DNA of 37,282 nucleotides from Collinsella sp. (GCA_048168905.1 DBEXMY010000268.1:1-37282), one strand, 5' to 3'. Shown: positions 27,421 to 36,900, counted from the stretch's first letter. The notes: a model not told the origin generated them from the letters alone. Numbers and translations: made by a program.

Positions 27421-28398
27421 TTACTTGGCGTCGTAAGCCTCGGCGTCCCACCAGTCGAGCTGGGCGATGTTGTTGCGGATGTGCTGGCAGCTCTTGTGGA
27501 AGCCCTCGAGCTCGTGCTCGGATAGGTCGAGCGTGTAGACCTCCTCGACGCCCTCGGCACCGATCACGCACGGCAGGGAGGTAAAGATACCCTCCTCGCC
27601 ATACTGGCCGGTCATGAGCGTGGATGCCGAAAGCACGGCGTGCTCGTTGTGCAGCACGGCGGCGCAGACGCGTGCGGCGGAGTTGGCGACGGCGTACTCG
27701 GTGCACTGCTTGCCCTGGTAGGTTACGTAGCCGCCCTTGCGTGCGAGCTCCTCGATCTCCATGTGGTCGAAGGCATACTTGTCGGGGTTCTCGGCCTGGA
27801 GCTCGTTGAGGCTCTTGCCGGCGATGGTTGCGGCCTTAAAGGCGGCCAGCTGGCTAAAGCCGTGCTCGCCGATCATGTAGGCGTCGATGGACTTGGGGCT
27901 CACGCCGACCTTCTTGGAAATCTCGGTGCGCAGGCGGGCGGAGTCCAGGCCGCAGCCCGAGCCGATGATCTTCTTGGGATCGTAGCCGGTCAGGTGCCAC
28001 AGCTCGGTGCACACGACGTCGCAGGGGTTGGAGATGCTCACGAAGATGCCGTCAAAGCCGGCGTCGACGATGTGCTTGGCAAAGGTGCGGGCGGCGTCGG
28101 TGGTAAAGAACAGCTCACCGTCGCGGTTGCCGGCGGCCAGCGCGACCTTGCCGGCGGCGTTGACGATGACGTCGCAGCAGGCAAGCTCCTCGTAGTGGTC
28201 GTAGCAGTTGACGATCTTGGTGTTGTACGGGACAAACGAAAGGGAGTCGCGCAGGTCCTGGACCTCGGACGTCACCTTGGCCTCGTTGATATCGCACAGG
28301 TACAGCTCATCGGCAATGCCCTGCATGAGCAGACTGTTGGCGACATGTGCTCCTACGTGGCCCTGGCCGACCACACCGATCTTACGCGTCTGGTACAT
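27421..28398 (-). CDS. ldh: L-lactate / L-2-hydroxyacid dehydrogenase (LDH/MDH family)
   Basis: GVVGQGHVG Rossmann motif, ISNPCD, GCGLDSARLR, IGEHGFSQ; AAAGGA RBS before ATG 28398; substrate loop atypical. Confidence 0.8.
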   Translation of the reverse strand: MYQTRKIGVVGQGHVGAHVANSLLMQGIADELYLCDINEAKVTSEVQDLRDSLSFVPYNTKIVNCYDHYEELACCDVIVNAAGKVALAAGNRDGELFFTTDAARTFAKHIVDAGFDGIFVSISNPCDVVCTELWHLTGYDPKKIIGSGCGLDSARLRTEISKKVGVSPKSIDAYMIGEHGFSQLAAFKAATIAGKSLNELQAENPDKYAFDHMEIEELARKGGYVTYQGKQCTEYAVANSAARVCAAVLHNEHAVLSASTLMTGQYGEEGIFTSLPCVIGAEGVEEVYTLDLSEHELEGFHKSCQHIRNNIAQLDWWDAEAYDAK

Positions 28399-28608
28399 AT
28401 ACGTATCCTTTCGGCCGAGTTTTTCGCGTCGAACCATTGTAGCGTTCTGCTGTTACTTTGCTAGGCTAAAGTGCCGTAGATTTTGGGACATGCCTTAATC
28501 TCTACTTTTGGAGTGATTTGGGCCGCTGACGGCATCGCTGGGCGATGCGCTCGCGCGGATGGGGCCGGTCGTTGTACCATAGCTGCAACTGACTCGTAAG
28601 GAGCATCC

Positions 28609-29535
28609 ATGCCCATTCGTATCCCCGACGCTCTCCCTGCCGCCGCGCAGCTCGAGAGCGAGAACATCTTTGTCATGACCGAGTACCGCGCGCTGCACCA
28701 GGACATCCGTCCGCTGCGCGTGCTCATCCTCAACCTCATGCCCACTAAGATCGCCACCGAGACGCAGATCATGCGCAAGCTCTCCAACACGCCGCTGCAG
28801 GTGGAGGTGGACCTGCTGCGCACCAAGACGCACGAGGCCACGCACGTGAGCGCCGGCCACCTGGAGACGTTCTACCGCACGTTCGACGACATCCGCGACA
28901 TCCACTACGACGGCCTGATCATCACGGGCGCGCCGGTGGAGCAGATGCCGTTCGAGGAGGTCGACTACTGGCCCGAGCTCTGCCAGATCATGGATTGGTC
29001 CACCACGCACGTGCACTCTACGCTGCACATTTGTTGGGGCGCGCAGGCGGGGCTCTACCATCATTACGGTATCCAGAAGTACGACCTGCCGGCAAAGGCG
29101 AGTGGCGTGTTTGAGCATTATCTGGTGAAGCCGCAAAGCCCGCTGGTTCGCGGCTTTGACGACCGTTTCTATGCCGTGCATTCGCGCAACACCGATGTGC
29201 GCCGTGAGGACGTGGAGGCCGAGCCGCAGCTTGAGGTCGTGGCCGTGTCAGACGAGGTGGGCCTGTACATCGTCAAGTCGACCGACAGCTGTCGCTTCTT
29301 TGTATTTGGTCACCCCGAGTACGATACCGACACGTTGCGCTTGGAGTACGAGCGCGACGTTAAGCGCGGGCTCAACCCTCAGGTGCCGGCGCATTACTTC
29401 CCGAACGACGACCCCACCGCCGAGCCGCGCAACGTCTGGCGCAGCCAGGCTCAGCTGTTCTACACCAACTGGCTCAACTACTACGTCTATCAGACCACGC
29501 CCTACGACCTGGCCCGCGCCGGCGAGGAGCACTAG
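28609..29535 (+). CDS. metA: Homoserine O-acyltransferase MetA family (probably acetyltransferase)
   Basis: [31 protein letters not shown]. Confidence 0.96.
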   Translation: MPIRIPDALPAAAQLESENIFVMTEYRALHQDIRPLRVLILNLMPTKIATETQIMRKLSNTPLQVEVDLLRTKTHEATHVSAGHLETFYRTFDDIRDIHYDGLIITGAPVEQMPFEEVDYWPELCQIMDWSTTHVHSTLHICWGAQAGLYHHYGIQKYDLPAKASGVFEHYLVKPQSPLVRGFDDRFYAVHSRNTDVRREDVEAEPQLEVVAVSDEVGLYIVKSTDSCRFFVFGHPEYDTDTLRLEYERDVKRGLNPQVPAHYFPNDDPTAEPRNVWRSQAQLFYTNWLNYYVYQTTPYDLARAGEEH

Positions 29536-29564
29536 GCTGCGGCTGTGGCTGCTGCCGTGACGTG

Positions 29565-29708
29565 ACGAGTGAGGATATCCGGACACACGAGCGTGGATTA
29601 TCGGACACACGAGCGTGGCTTTTCGGACGTTTACAAATCGAGCGTGGATAATCTCCCACTTTTGGCCGAGGAAGGGGCCAAAAACGGGAGATTTTCCACG
29701 CTCGATTT
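29565..29708 (+). repeat. Family A element, left flank of AbiEi-nuclease gene
   Basis: Three tandem 22-bp units (29565-29630) then arms 29640-29657 / 29686-29703 with 28-bp spacer. Confidence 0.92.
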
Positions 29709-30001
29709 TTCTGTAGCTGTCATGTCGGCGGCCTCATTACATGTCGAGTGCATCCGGGCCACGTTGCAAACAAGGTAGTTTTGAGCCACAGTATATTTTC
29801 TTTCAAAGAAATCGACGGCTTTAGAGGCGTCAAATTGTGGAGACGGGGACCTCTCGACAACCACCCTACCTGCAGATATAAGTCATCAGCCTAAAACGTC
29901 CAAAACCGTCAAGCATTTGGTCAGCGCCTGGACAGCATTTGGTCAGACTTCGCATGAAACCGTCTGGTACGTTTGCGCCGTTCCAAGAGTTGGGAGGCGA
30001 C

Positions 30002-30964
30002 ATGGGAAACATGACGGCGAATCAAAGACTTACAAGCCACATTAAAGCATGCGAACAGCAGCTGAGCTGCGTGTACGCACGCACGGCGGCGGAGGCAAAG
30101 CAGATTGAGCGGCGGGCGGCGGCGGGAAGTCTAGAGGCGGTCATGCCGGGGCTGTATGCGCGTCCGGATTATTGGTCCGAGCTCAAGTTTCGGCAGCGTT
30201 ATCTGCATCGGGTGCGGGCCCTTGCGCAAAAGCATCCCGACTGGACGTTTTGCTCCTATACGGCGGCTGTTATCTATGGCCTTTCGGTTTCGCATGCCAA
30301 TTTGACGCACATCCATATCGCCGCGGCGCCGGCGCAATCGACGACGCCGGGCTCTCAGGTGATTCGACATCGTTATGCTCGTCAAACGCGGGCAATCCAG
30401 ATGGATATTGCCGTGACCGATATCGATCAGACGATTGCGGATTGCCTGGTCGATGCGTCGTTTGTCGAGGGACTGATCATTGCGGACTCAGCGCTTCATG
30501 AGCAGCTGTTGTCGATGGAGCATCTCGTTGAGACTGTCGACAATCTTGGCCTGAATCGTCGTGGTGTTGTGACGGCGCGCAGGGTTGCGCGGTGTGCCGA
30601 TGGCCTGTCGGAAAGCGGCGGCGAGTCCAAGGCACGCGCGCTGATGATCGAGCGCGGCTGGCAGACGCCGGAGCTGCAAGTTGAGCTGTTCGACCCAGTT
30701 GAGCCGGGACGGCCATATCGCGTTGACTACTTGTGGCGTGTGTGCGACCGACTGATTATCGGGGAGTTCGACGGATTCGTTAAAAGCGAGAAAGCGGCGG
30801 AGGAGGGCAAGCTCGCAAAGGCGCAGTTCGATGAGCGTCAGCGCGAGTCGAGGCTTTCGCTGCTTGATAACTGCAAGATCGTGCGCTTGTGCTGGGATGA
30901 TCTAAGGGATCCGACAAAGCTCGATCGCAAGCTCAAGGTCGCCGGCGTGCCGCGTGCGTGCTGA
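30002..30964 (+). CDS. AbiEi-antitoxin-like N-terminal domain fused to DUF559/Vsr-like PD-(D/E)XK domain
   Basis: GSLEAVMPGLY, CSYTAAVIYGL, VTDIDQTIAD, ADSAL, SESGGESKAR, PELQ, YRVD, GEFDG..K, ERQRE, VRLCWDDL; GGAGG RBS; alternative start 30011. Confidence 0.8.
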   Translation: MGNMTANQRLTSHIKACEQQLSCVYARTAAEAKQIERRAAAGSLEAVMPGLYARPDYWSELKFRQRYLHRVRALAQKHPDWTFCSYTAAVIYGLSVSHANLTHIHIAAAPAQSTTPGSQVIRHRYARQTRAIQMDIAVTDIDQTIADCLVDASFVEGLIIADSALHEQLLSMEHLVETVDNLGLNRRGVVTARRVARCADGLSESGGESKARALMIERGWQTPELQVELFDPVEPGRPYRVDYLWRVCDRLIIGEFDGFVKSEKAAEEGKLAKAQFDERQRESRLSLLDNCKIVRLCWDDLRDPTKLDRKLKVAGVPRAC

Positions 30965-30988
30965 GGCAGTTGCAAGGCGTTTGGCTGA

Positions 30989-31116
30989 ACGAGCGCGGAA
31001 AATCAGACGGACGAGCGTGGAAATCTGGACGCTTGTTGAATGAGCGTGGATAATCTCCCGTTTTTGGCTCGTAAGGGGGCTCAAAGTGGGAGATTTTCCA
31101 CGCTCATCTTGCGGGT
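30989..31116 (+). repeat. Family A element, right flank of AbiEi-nuclease gene
   Basis: Two 22-bp units (30989-31032) then arms 31042-31059 / 31088-31105 with 28-bp spacer. Confidence 0.92.
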
Positions 31117-31131
31117 GCGATACAGCGGCGA

Positions 31132-31728
31132 TCAGGCGCTGATGATGTGGGGTAGCGGCAGGTCGTGGGCGTCGGTGGGAACGTGGCCGACACGCTGCTC
31201 GTCAAAGGCTATGCCGATGATTTGACATGCGGACGAGAGCATGGGCAGGTAGCGGTCATAGCAGCCGCTGCCGTAGCCCAGGCGCGCGCCGGCGCGGTCG
31301 AATGCTACGAGCGGCACGATGATCATGTCGAGAGCTTCGGCAGGCACGATGGGGAAGCGGCTGCTGTCGATGTCCGTGGCCGCAAAGGCCCGCGTGGGGT
31401 GGGCGATAAACGGAGCCGCGGACGCATCGTCGGCGGCAACTGCCCGCATGCACATGCGCTGGCCACAAGCTGCGGCGTCTGTTGCCGAGAACATGCACGG
31501 ATAGGCCACGCGCCAGCCGTGTTTGGCGGTCGCAGCGGCAAACGCGGCTGGGTCGACCTCGGAACCCATCGCGGCATAGGCGGCAACGGTGTGCGGCTCT
31601 GCGGCACCCAAGTGATCCAACAGCTCAACCAGCCGCGCGCAGACAACGGTAGACTTCGCCGCCCGCACATCCAAATCAAGAGCATCGCGCCGAGCAATCA
31701 CCGCCCGCCGCAACTCGGCCTTGTCCAT
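31132..31728 (-). CDS. fau: 5-formyltetrahydrofolate cyclo-ligase
   Basis: MDKAELRR, AYAAMGSEVD, DMIIVPLVAFD..GARLGYGSGCYDR, VPTDAHDLP; GAGGAGG RBS. Confidence 0.9.
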   Translation of the reverse strand: MDKAELRRAVIARRDALDLDVRAAKSTVVCARLVELLDHLGAAEPHTVAAYAAMGSEVDPAAFAAATAKHGWRVAYPCMFSATDAAACGQRMCMRAVAADDASAAPFIAHPTRAFAATDIDSSRFPIVPAEALDMIIVPLVAFDRAGARLGYGSGCYDRYLPMLSSACQIIGIAFDEQRVGHVPTDAHDLPLPHIISA

Positions 31729-31743
31729 CCCAACCTCCTCTAG

Positions 31744-31797
31744 CAAACCTACCAAAAAGGGACAGGTTTATTTTGGCAGGTTTTATCTGGGCAAACG
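31744..31797 (+). repeat. Palindromic repeat family E
   Basis: AAACCTACCAAAA-agggacaggttta-TTTTGGCAGGTTT plus TATCTGGGCAAACG tail. Confidence 0.8.
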
Positions 31798-31810
31798 CGA
31801 CGGATTTACC

Positions 31811-31853
31811 CCAGACCGCCACAAAGGTGCCTATTCCCTTTGTGGCGGTTTGG
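31811..31853. repeat. REP-like palindrome upstream of Zn-ribbon gene
   Basis: CCAGACCGCCACAAAGG-tgcctattc-CCTTTGTGGCGGTTTGG; homolog at 33605-33643. Confidence 0.8.
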
Positions 31854-31938
31854 CTCCCACTTGGCTTTGTTGCGCAACAAGGGCTGCGGCTTTGGGTTTA
31901 CCTTCATGGTGGAAGAAATGAACCGAAAGGAGCCCGCC

Positions 31939-33594
31939 ATGTTTTGTCGCTCGTGTGGTACGCCACTTGTCGACGAGGCCCTCTTTTGCCCCGTATGCGG
32001 CGCGCCCGTAGCACCCGACCAGGTCGCGGCCACGCAGCACCCCCAGCCTGCCGCGCCCGCTTCTGGGCAATACGTGCCCGTGCAACAGCCCACGCCGCGC
32101 AAGCGTTCCAAAAAGCCCCTCATCGCCCTCGCTGCGGCACTTGTCGTGGTGGCGGGCATCGGCGGCGGTGCGTTGTTCTACTTTACGCAGATCGCGACCA
32201 CGCCTATCGACGAGAAGACCTTTCCGGATAGCGGCATGCGCACGCTTGTTTCGACCAAGTACGACACCAATGGCGACGGCCGTATCTCGCACGACGAGGC
32301 CAAAGCGGTTGCATCGGTCGAGCTGGATGGCGTTACGTCGACGCAGGGCTTGGGCAAGACATTCCCCAATATCGTTACAGTGGAGTCCAGCGACGACAAG
32401 CTCGTCAACCTGGACCTTTCGGGCTGTGGCGACCTTAAGACTGTCGAGCTTAACTCGGCGAGCAACGTCACCGTCGTTAACCTGGACGGTTGCGACAACA
32501 TCGAGAAGCTCGACCTTTCAAATGCCGGGGAGCTCAAAAGCGTCGATCTTTCGGGCAAAAAGAAGCTCGCCACGTTGGCACTGCCGCAGGATACGAAGGT
32601 TAGCGGCATTAAGGACACGCAGCTCGAGGAGTTGTGGCTACCGGTGTACTACGAGGGTACCGACGAGGACGGTGTGCACGGCAGCACGTATGAGATTGAG
32701 CGCGACGAGGACGGCTACGTTACGGGGTATACGAGCAGCCTCAAACAGGGTGGTGGCATGGGCTACGACGTCGAGCACGACGAGTCGCATCGCATTTCGG
32801 AAATAGCGGAAGTTCGCTCGGGTGACTACGAAGATGAAAACATGTTCACGTACGACGCCGACGGAAACCTGACGCGTATCGATTGCGACGCCGCCATTGG
32901 TGACGCATCGACCTCCACAACGTTCGCCTACGATGCCGACGGCAACCTGGTCAACAAGACGACCAATGCGGGCTACGGCGAGAGCTCGAGTACGTATGTC
33001 TACGAGGGCGGTAACCTGGTGTCCGATACCGAGGTCAACCCAGGTAATCCTCGCACGGTCGTCTATTCGTACGGATATGACAGCGGCCGCGTGACGTCCT
33101 TTACGACGGACTGCCAGGGTGACACCGTGGGCACGAGGTGGACGCTCACGCTCAACTACGAGTACGACAAGGACGGAAACATTTCGCGCATCTCGCCCGT
33201 GGCCTATGACACTCACGGCAACGATTACGGTTCACTGAGTTCGTTTTCCACGGTTAATTACTCGTACAGTGGCGGCAAGCTCGACCGGATTGATTCCATG
33301 CGCGACGGGTATGCGGAGTTCTATTACGACGAGCACGGCAATCTGACGGCGGTCGACGAGTACGCCGATGGTGATTCGGACGACGAGTTTGAGTTTGAGC
33401 ACGAGGTCGAGTACCAGCGTTACTTCTGTAATAAGAGCGAGAAGAATAAACCGGAGGAGTGGATTCGCCTGGATTCGAAGTACGACGTCTGCAACGGCAG
33501 CTGGGTCAACACGTCTTCGTCCCGCAAGGAGCGCTTTGTGAGCCTGTATCGACTCGACCCTCTAAAGGCGACGCTCGATCCCTTCCACAAGTAA
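31939..33594 (+). CDS. Zinc-ribbon membrane-anchored surface protein with EF-hand-like loop, LRR-like and YD-like repeats
   Basis: CRSCG...FCPVCG, Pro/Gln linker, basic cluster + TM, DTNGDGRISHDE, LVNLDLSGC/IEKLDLSN, repeated YDADGNL; AAAGGAG RBS. Confidence 0.85.
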   Translation: MFCRSCGTPLVDEALFCPVCGAPVAPDQVAATQHPQPAAPASGQYVPVQQPTPRKRSKKPLIALAAALVVVAGIGGGALFYFTQIATTPIDEKTFPDSGMRTLVSTKYDTNGDGRISHDEAKAVASVELDGVTSTQGLGKTFPNIVTVESSDDKLVNLDLSGCGDLKTVELNSASNVTVVNLDGCDNIEKLDLSNAGELKSVDLSGKKKLATLALPQDTKVSGIKDTQLEELWLPVYYEGTDEDGVHGSTYEIERDEDGYVTGYTSSLKQGGGMGYDVEHDESHRISEIAEVRSGDYEDENMFTYDADGNLTRIDCDAAIGDASTSTTFAYDADGNLVNKTTNAGYGESSSTYVYEGGNLVSDTEVNPGNPRTVVYSYGYDSGRVTSFTTDCQGDTVGTRWTLTLNYEYDKDGNISRISPVAYDTHGNDYGSLSSFSTVNYSYSGGKLDRIDSMRDGYAEFYYDEHGNLTAVDEYADGDSDDEFEFEHEVEYQRYFCNKSEKNKPEEWIRLDSKYDVCNGSWVNTSSSRKERFVSLYRLDPLKATLDPFHK

Positions 33595-33604
33595 CGTCCG
33601 ACCT

Positions 33605-33645
33605 AAACCACCACAAAGGTGCCTGGCCCCTTTGTGGTGGTTTTT
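33605..33645 (+). terminator. REP-like palindrome doubling as terminator
   Basis: AAACCACCACAAAGG-tgcctggcc-CCTTTGTGGTGGTTT followed by TT. Confidence 0.75.
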
Positions 33646-33670
33646 GCTGAAGGGCGGGCATCTGCGGCGG

Positions 33671-33814
33671 TTTGTCTCGATCTATAACAGTAACTCGGCA
33701 TAAATGGACCTAGATGTTACAGATTGAGACAAAGGGCCGGCGTCATCCGAAAACGTCTCGATTTGTAACATCTGGAGCTAATATTGCCGCCTAGATGTTA
33801 CAGATTTAGACAAA
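33671..33814. repeat. Tandem doublet of inverted-repeat units (family F)
   Basis: CCTAGATGTTACAGATT(G/T)AGACAAA at 33709-33733 and 33790-33814, each preceded by a complementary GTCTCGAT(C/T)T(A/G)TAACA arm. Confidence 0.85.
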
Positions 33815-33851
33815 CTGGTGGGACGGGCTGAGCTGCCCCGCCCAAGCAGCG

Positions 33852-33897
33852 GCAAAAGAAAAGGTAGATTCTCGGGCATGTCTCAAAAATCTACCTT
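33852..33897 (-). terminator. Terminator of M16C peptidase gene (palindrome family G)
   Basis: AAGGTAGATT...AATCTACCTT stem, minus-strand TTCTTTT tail; related sequence at 28476-28505. Confidence 0.65.
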
Positions 33898-33903
33898 GGT
33901 GCC

Positions 33904-36900
33904 TTAGCCCAGCAGGTCGACTACGTTGAAGCCGGCGTTGCTCTTGGCGATGACGTCGCGTCCGCCAAAGACGCAGGTGGGCGACTCGGCTGCGATGCGC
34001 GTCACGTCGGCGCCGAGCGAGCGAAGCTCACCGGGCGTGGCGGCGAGCATCTGGGCGCGGCGCTCCTCGCGTGCGTGCGGATCGAGCCCGGCCAGGTAGG
34101 TCGTGTTGCGGCGCTTGGTGAGCGCGTACGGCTTCACCGGCGCGTCCATGCCGCTCACGCAGCTCACGATAAAGCCCTCAAAGGCGGCCTCGTCGGGATC
34201 AAAGCTGCCGAGCCATTCGCCCGCGCGCGCCACGCGCTCAATCGAGGGGTCGATTGCCGGGTCGCGGTAGGTGTAGAACGCCGCCTGACGCTCGCCGGCC
34301 GCGCGGAATCCGCAGCCGTACGCGCCGCCCTTAACGCGGATCTCGTTCCACAGATAGTCGTAGGAGAGCGCGTTGGCGGCAACCGCCCAGGCGCCCGTCA
34401 CGTCGATGCCCAAGCGACGCGGGTCGCACGCGCTTGCCGCAAAACAGATGTCGCTGGGGATGACAAAGGCCTCGTGGCGGTCGCACGGCGTCGGCACCAC
34501 GAGCGCGTTGCGGCCGGCATCGGCGCCGTCGCCAGCGCCCAGCTCCAGGTCGCCCGCGGCGGCCCAGTATGCGTTAAAGTCCTCGTCGCTGCCGGTAAAG
34601 CTCGCCAGGCAGCCATCGGCCACAAAGATGCGGCCTGCCAGCTCGGCAAGCTTGGTACGCAACCCGTTCACGCGCTCGTCAAAGTGGTCGAGCAGGTCGC
34701 GCAGGAACAGATAGAAGTCCACGCCCGAAAGCTGCTCGCGCACCACGGCCGAAGGCGAGCTGTAGCTCATCGCGCGACCGAGCGCCGCCGAGTGGCCGTT
34801 GTTGATAAAGCCCTGCTCAAGCCCAATGCGAATCTGTGTGAGCACGTCGCGCACGCGGTCGGCGTCGGCATCTGCCAAAAGCGTGCTCGACCATACCTCG
34901 CGCGGCAGACTCGCCAGCGCATCGATCTTCTCGGACAGGGCGCCGGCGCTCACCAGCAGGTAGGGGCGCACGCCGTCCACTTCGGGCTGCGTCATGACCT
35001 CGGTCGTAAAGCTCAAAAAGCCGAGCTTGCCAGCGAGCAAGTTGTCGAGTTCCTCGGCCGAGTGCTCGCGCGTGGGCAGCTGCTTAAGCAGGCGGCAGAG
35101 CAGTGTCACATAGGGCAGGTCCTCAAACGCGACGCAGTTCAGGTCGAAATACTGCATGGCGTAGGCCAGACGGTTGGTGGGGATGCCGTGGCGCAGGCAG
35201 GGGATGGGCACGGTCGTGTCCACGATCAGTGGCGGCTCGGGGCGCGCCTCGCCAATGTCGGACACGCGCAGGCGCGGCAGCGTGGCCTTGGCCTCGGGTG
35301 TGTCTTCCGCCTCCTGCGCGGCACGCAGCGCGGCCGTGCGCTCGACCACGTCGGTCAGCTCGGCATCGGTCATGGCATCGCGCTTGGCTGCCAGCTCGGC
35401 GGCCTCGGCACCCTCCGAACCCTCGGCGGCGTCCACCGGCACCAGTTCGACCAGTGCCATGTGGTCGTTTTCCAGCACCAGCTCGCGCAGCAGGTCCTCA
35501 AAATAGCTGCCGTCCAGCTCGCTACGCAGCTCCTCGTACACCGGGCCGTACTTGAGCGCCAGCGTCGCGGCGTCGTCATCGTAGAGCCAGGTGCTCAGCG
35601 CGTCGCACGCAATGGCCACGCCGTCGGCGATGCCATAGTCACGCTGGCGCAGGTCGTACTCGTTGCTGCTGATGATGGCTTCCAGACGCTCGCGCGGAAC
35701 TCCGTGCTCGCACAGGTCGCGGCAGGCGTCCTGGAACACGCGACGCAGCTCGCGCGCCACACCGGGCTGTGCGTTTTGCAGCATGATGAGCTCGTAGGGC
35801 TGCAGGCTCTCGGCCGCGGTGTAGCTCACCACGTTGCCGCCCAGGCCGGCGGCCAGAATGGCCTTCTTAACCGGCGCTTCGTTGGAGCCCAGCAGCGCCT
35901 CGAACAGGATATCCGCCGCGATCGTGCGCTTGCGGTCGAGCGCGCTGCCCAGCACAAGGCCCAGGCCCACCAGGGCGTTCTCGGGTGTGGTGGCCATCTC
36001 GATGCGCTTGTACTCGCAGGTCACGGGCGCCTGCGCGTCCAACGGATTGGGCGCCAGCGTGGACGGGTCCTCGCCGGCGGCAACGGCAGCGTCCATGCGG
36101 CGGCTCGCGGCACTCGGCTGCGACAGATAGCGCTCGTCCAAAAAGGCCAGTGCGCGGTCCACGTCCAGGTCGCCGTAGAGCGTGATGTAGGAGTTGGAGG
36201 GATTGTAGTGTCGCGCGTGCGTGTCCAGGAACTGCTCGTAGGTGAGCGCGGGAATCGCGCGCGGGTCGCCGCCGCTCTCGTGCGCATAGGCGGTGTCGGG
36301 ATAGAGCGCGGCGTTGACGGCATCGTCCAGCACGCTCATGGGGTCGGACAGCGCGCCCTTCATCTCGTTGAACACCACGCCGTTATAACGCAGCGTGCCC
36401 TCGTGCAGGCTCGCGGCGCTGCTGTCGCCGTCGCCCTCAGGCAGGTCCAGTTCGTAGTGCCAGCCTTCCTGCTCAAAAATGGTGGGCTTGGTATAGATGG
36501 CCGGGTTGAACACCGCGTCCAGGTACACGTCCATCAGGTTGTACAGATCCTGCTCGTTGGTGGTGGCAACGGGGTAGATGGTCTTGTCGTGGTAGGTCAT
36601 GGCGTTGAGGAACGTCTGCATGGAGCTCTTGATCAGGTCGACAAACGGCTCCTTGACGGGAAACTTGGCCGATCCGCACAGCACCGAGTGCTCAAGAATA
36701 TGGAACACGCCGGTGGAATCGGCCGGCGGCGTTTTAAAGCCAATGGCAAAGGCCTTGTTTTCGTCGTCGCACGCCAGGTACAGCAGGCGAGCACCCGAGA
36801 CAGTGTGGCGCAGCACGTAGGCGTCCGAATCGAGCTCGGGCACGGTCTCGCAACGCTCGATGGCAAAACCGTGGCAGGTGGTGCCGGGTACCAGCAGCGC

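Noticed and set aside
28500..28608. SAM riboswitch or T-box upstream of metA
   Set aside because: No recognisable consensus or terminator could be identified by eye in the short leader
29565..29630. CRISPR mini-array or plasmid iterons
   Set aside because: Units abut with no spacers; no Rep gene or AT-rich origin; the context is chromosomal housekeeping genes
881..30964. Pairing the NTase (881-1411) with the AbiEi-like gene (30002-30964) as one AbiE system
   Set aside because: About 29 kb apart, and the NTase already has its own coupled partner
31132..31728. Pseudogenisation of cyclo-ligase (GYGSGCYDR vs usual GYGGGYYDR)
   Set aside because: ORF is intact with all other motifs present; substitutions alone are insufficient evidence
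32680..33420. RHS polymorphic toxin
   Set aside because: Few YD-like repeats, no DPxG core end, no toxin tip or immunity gene
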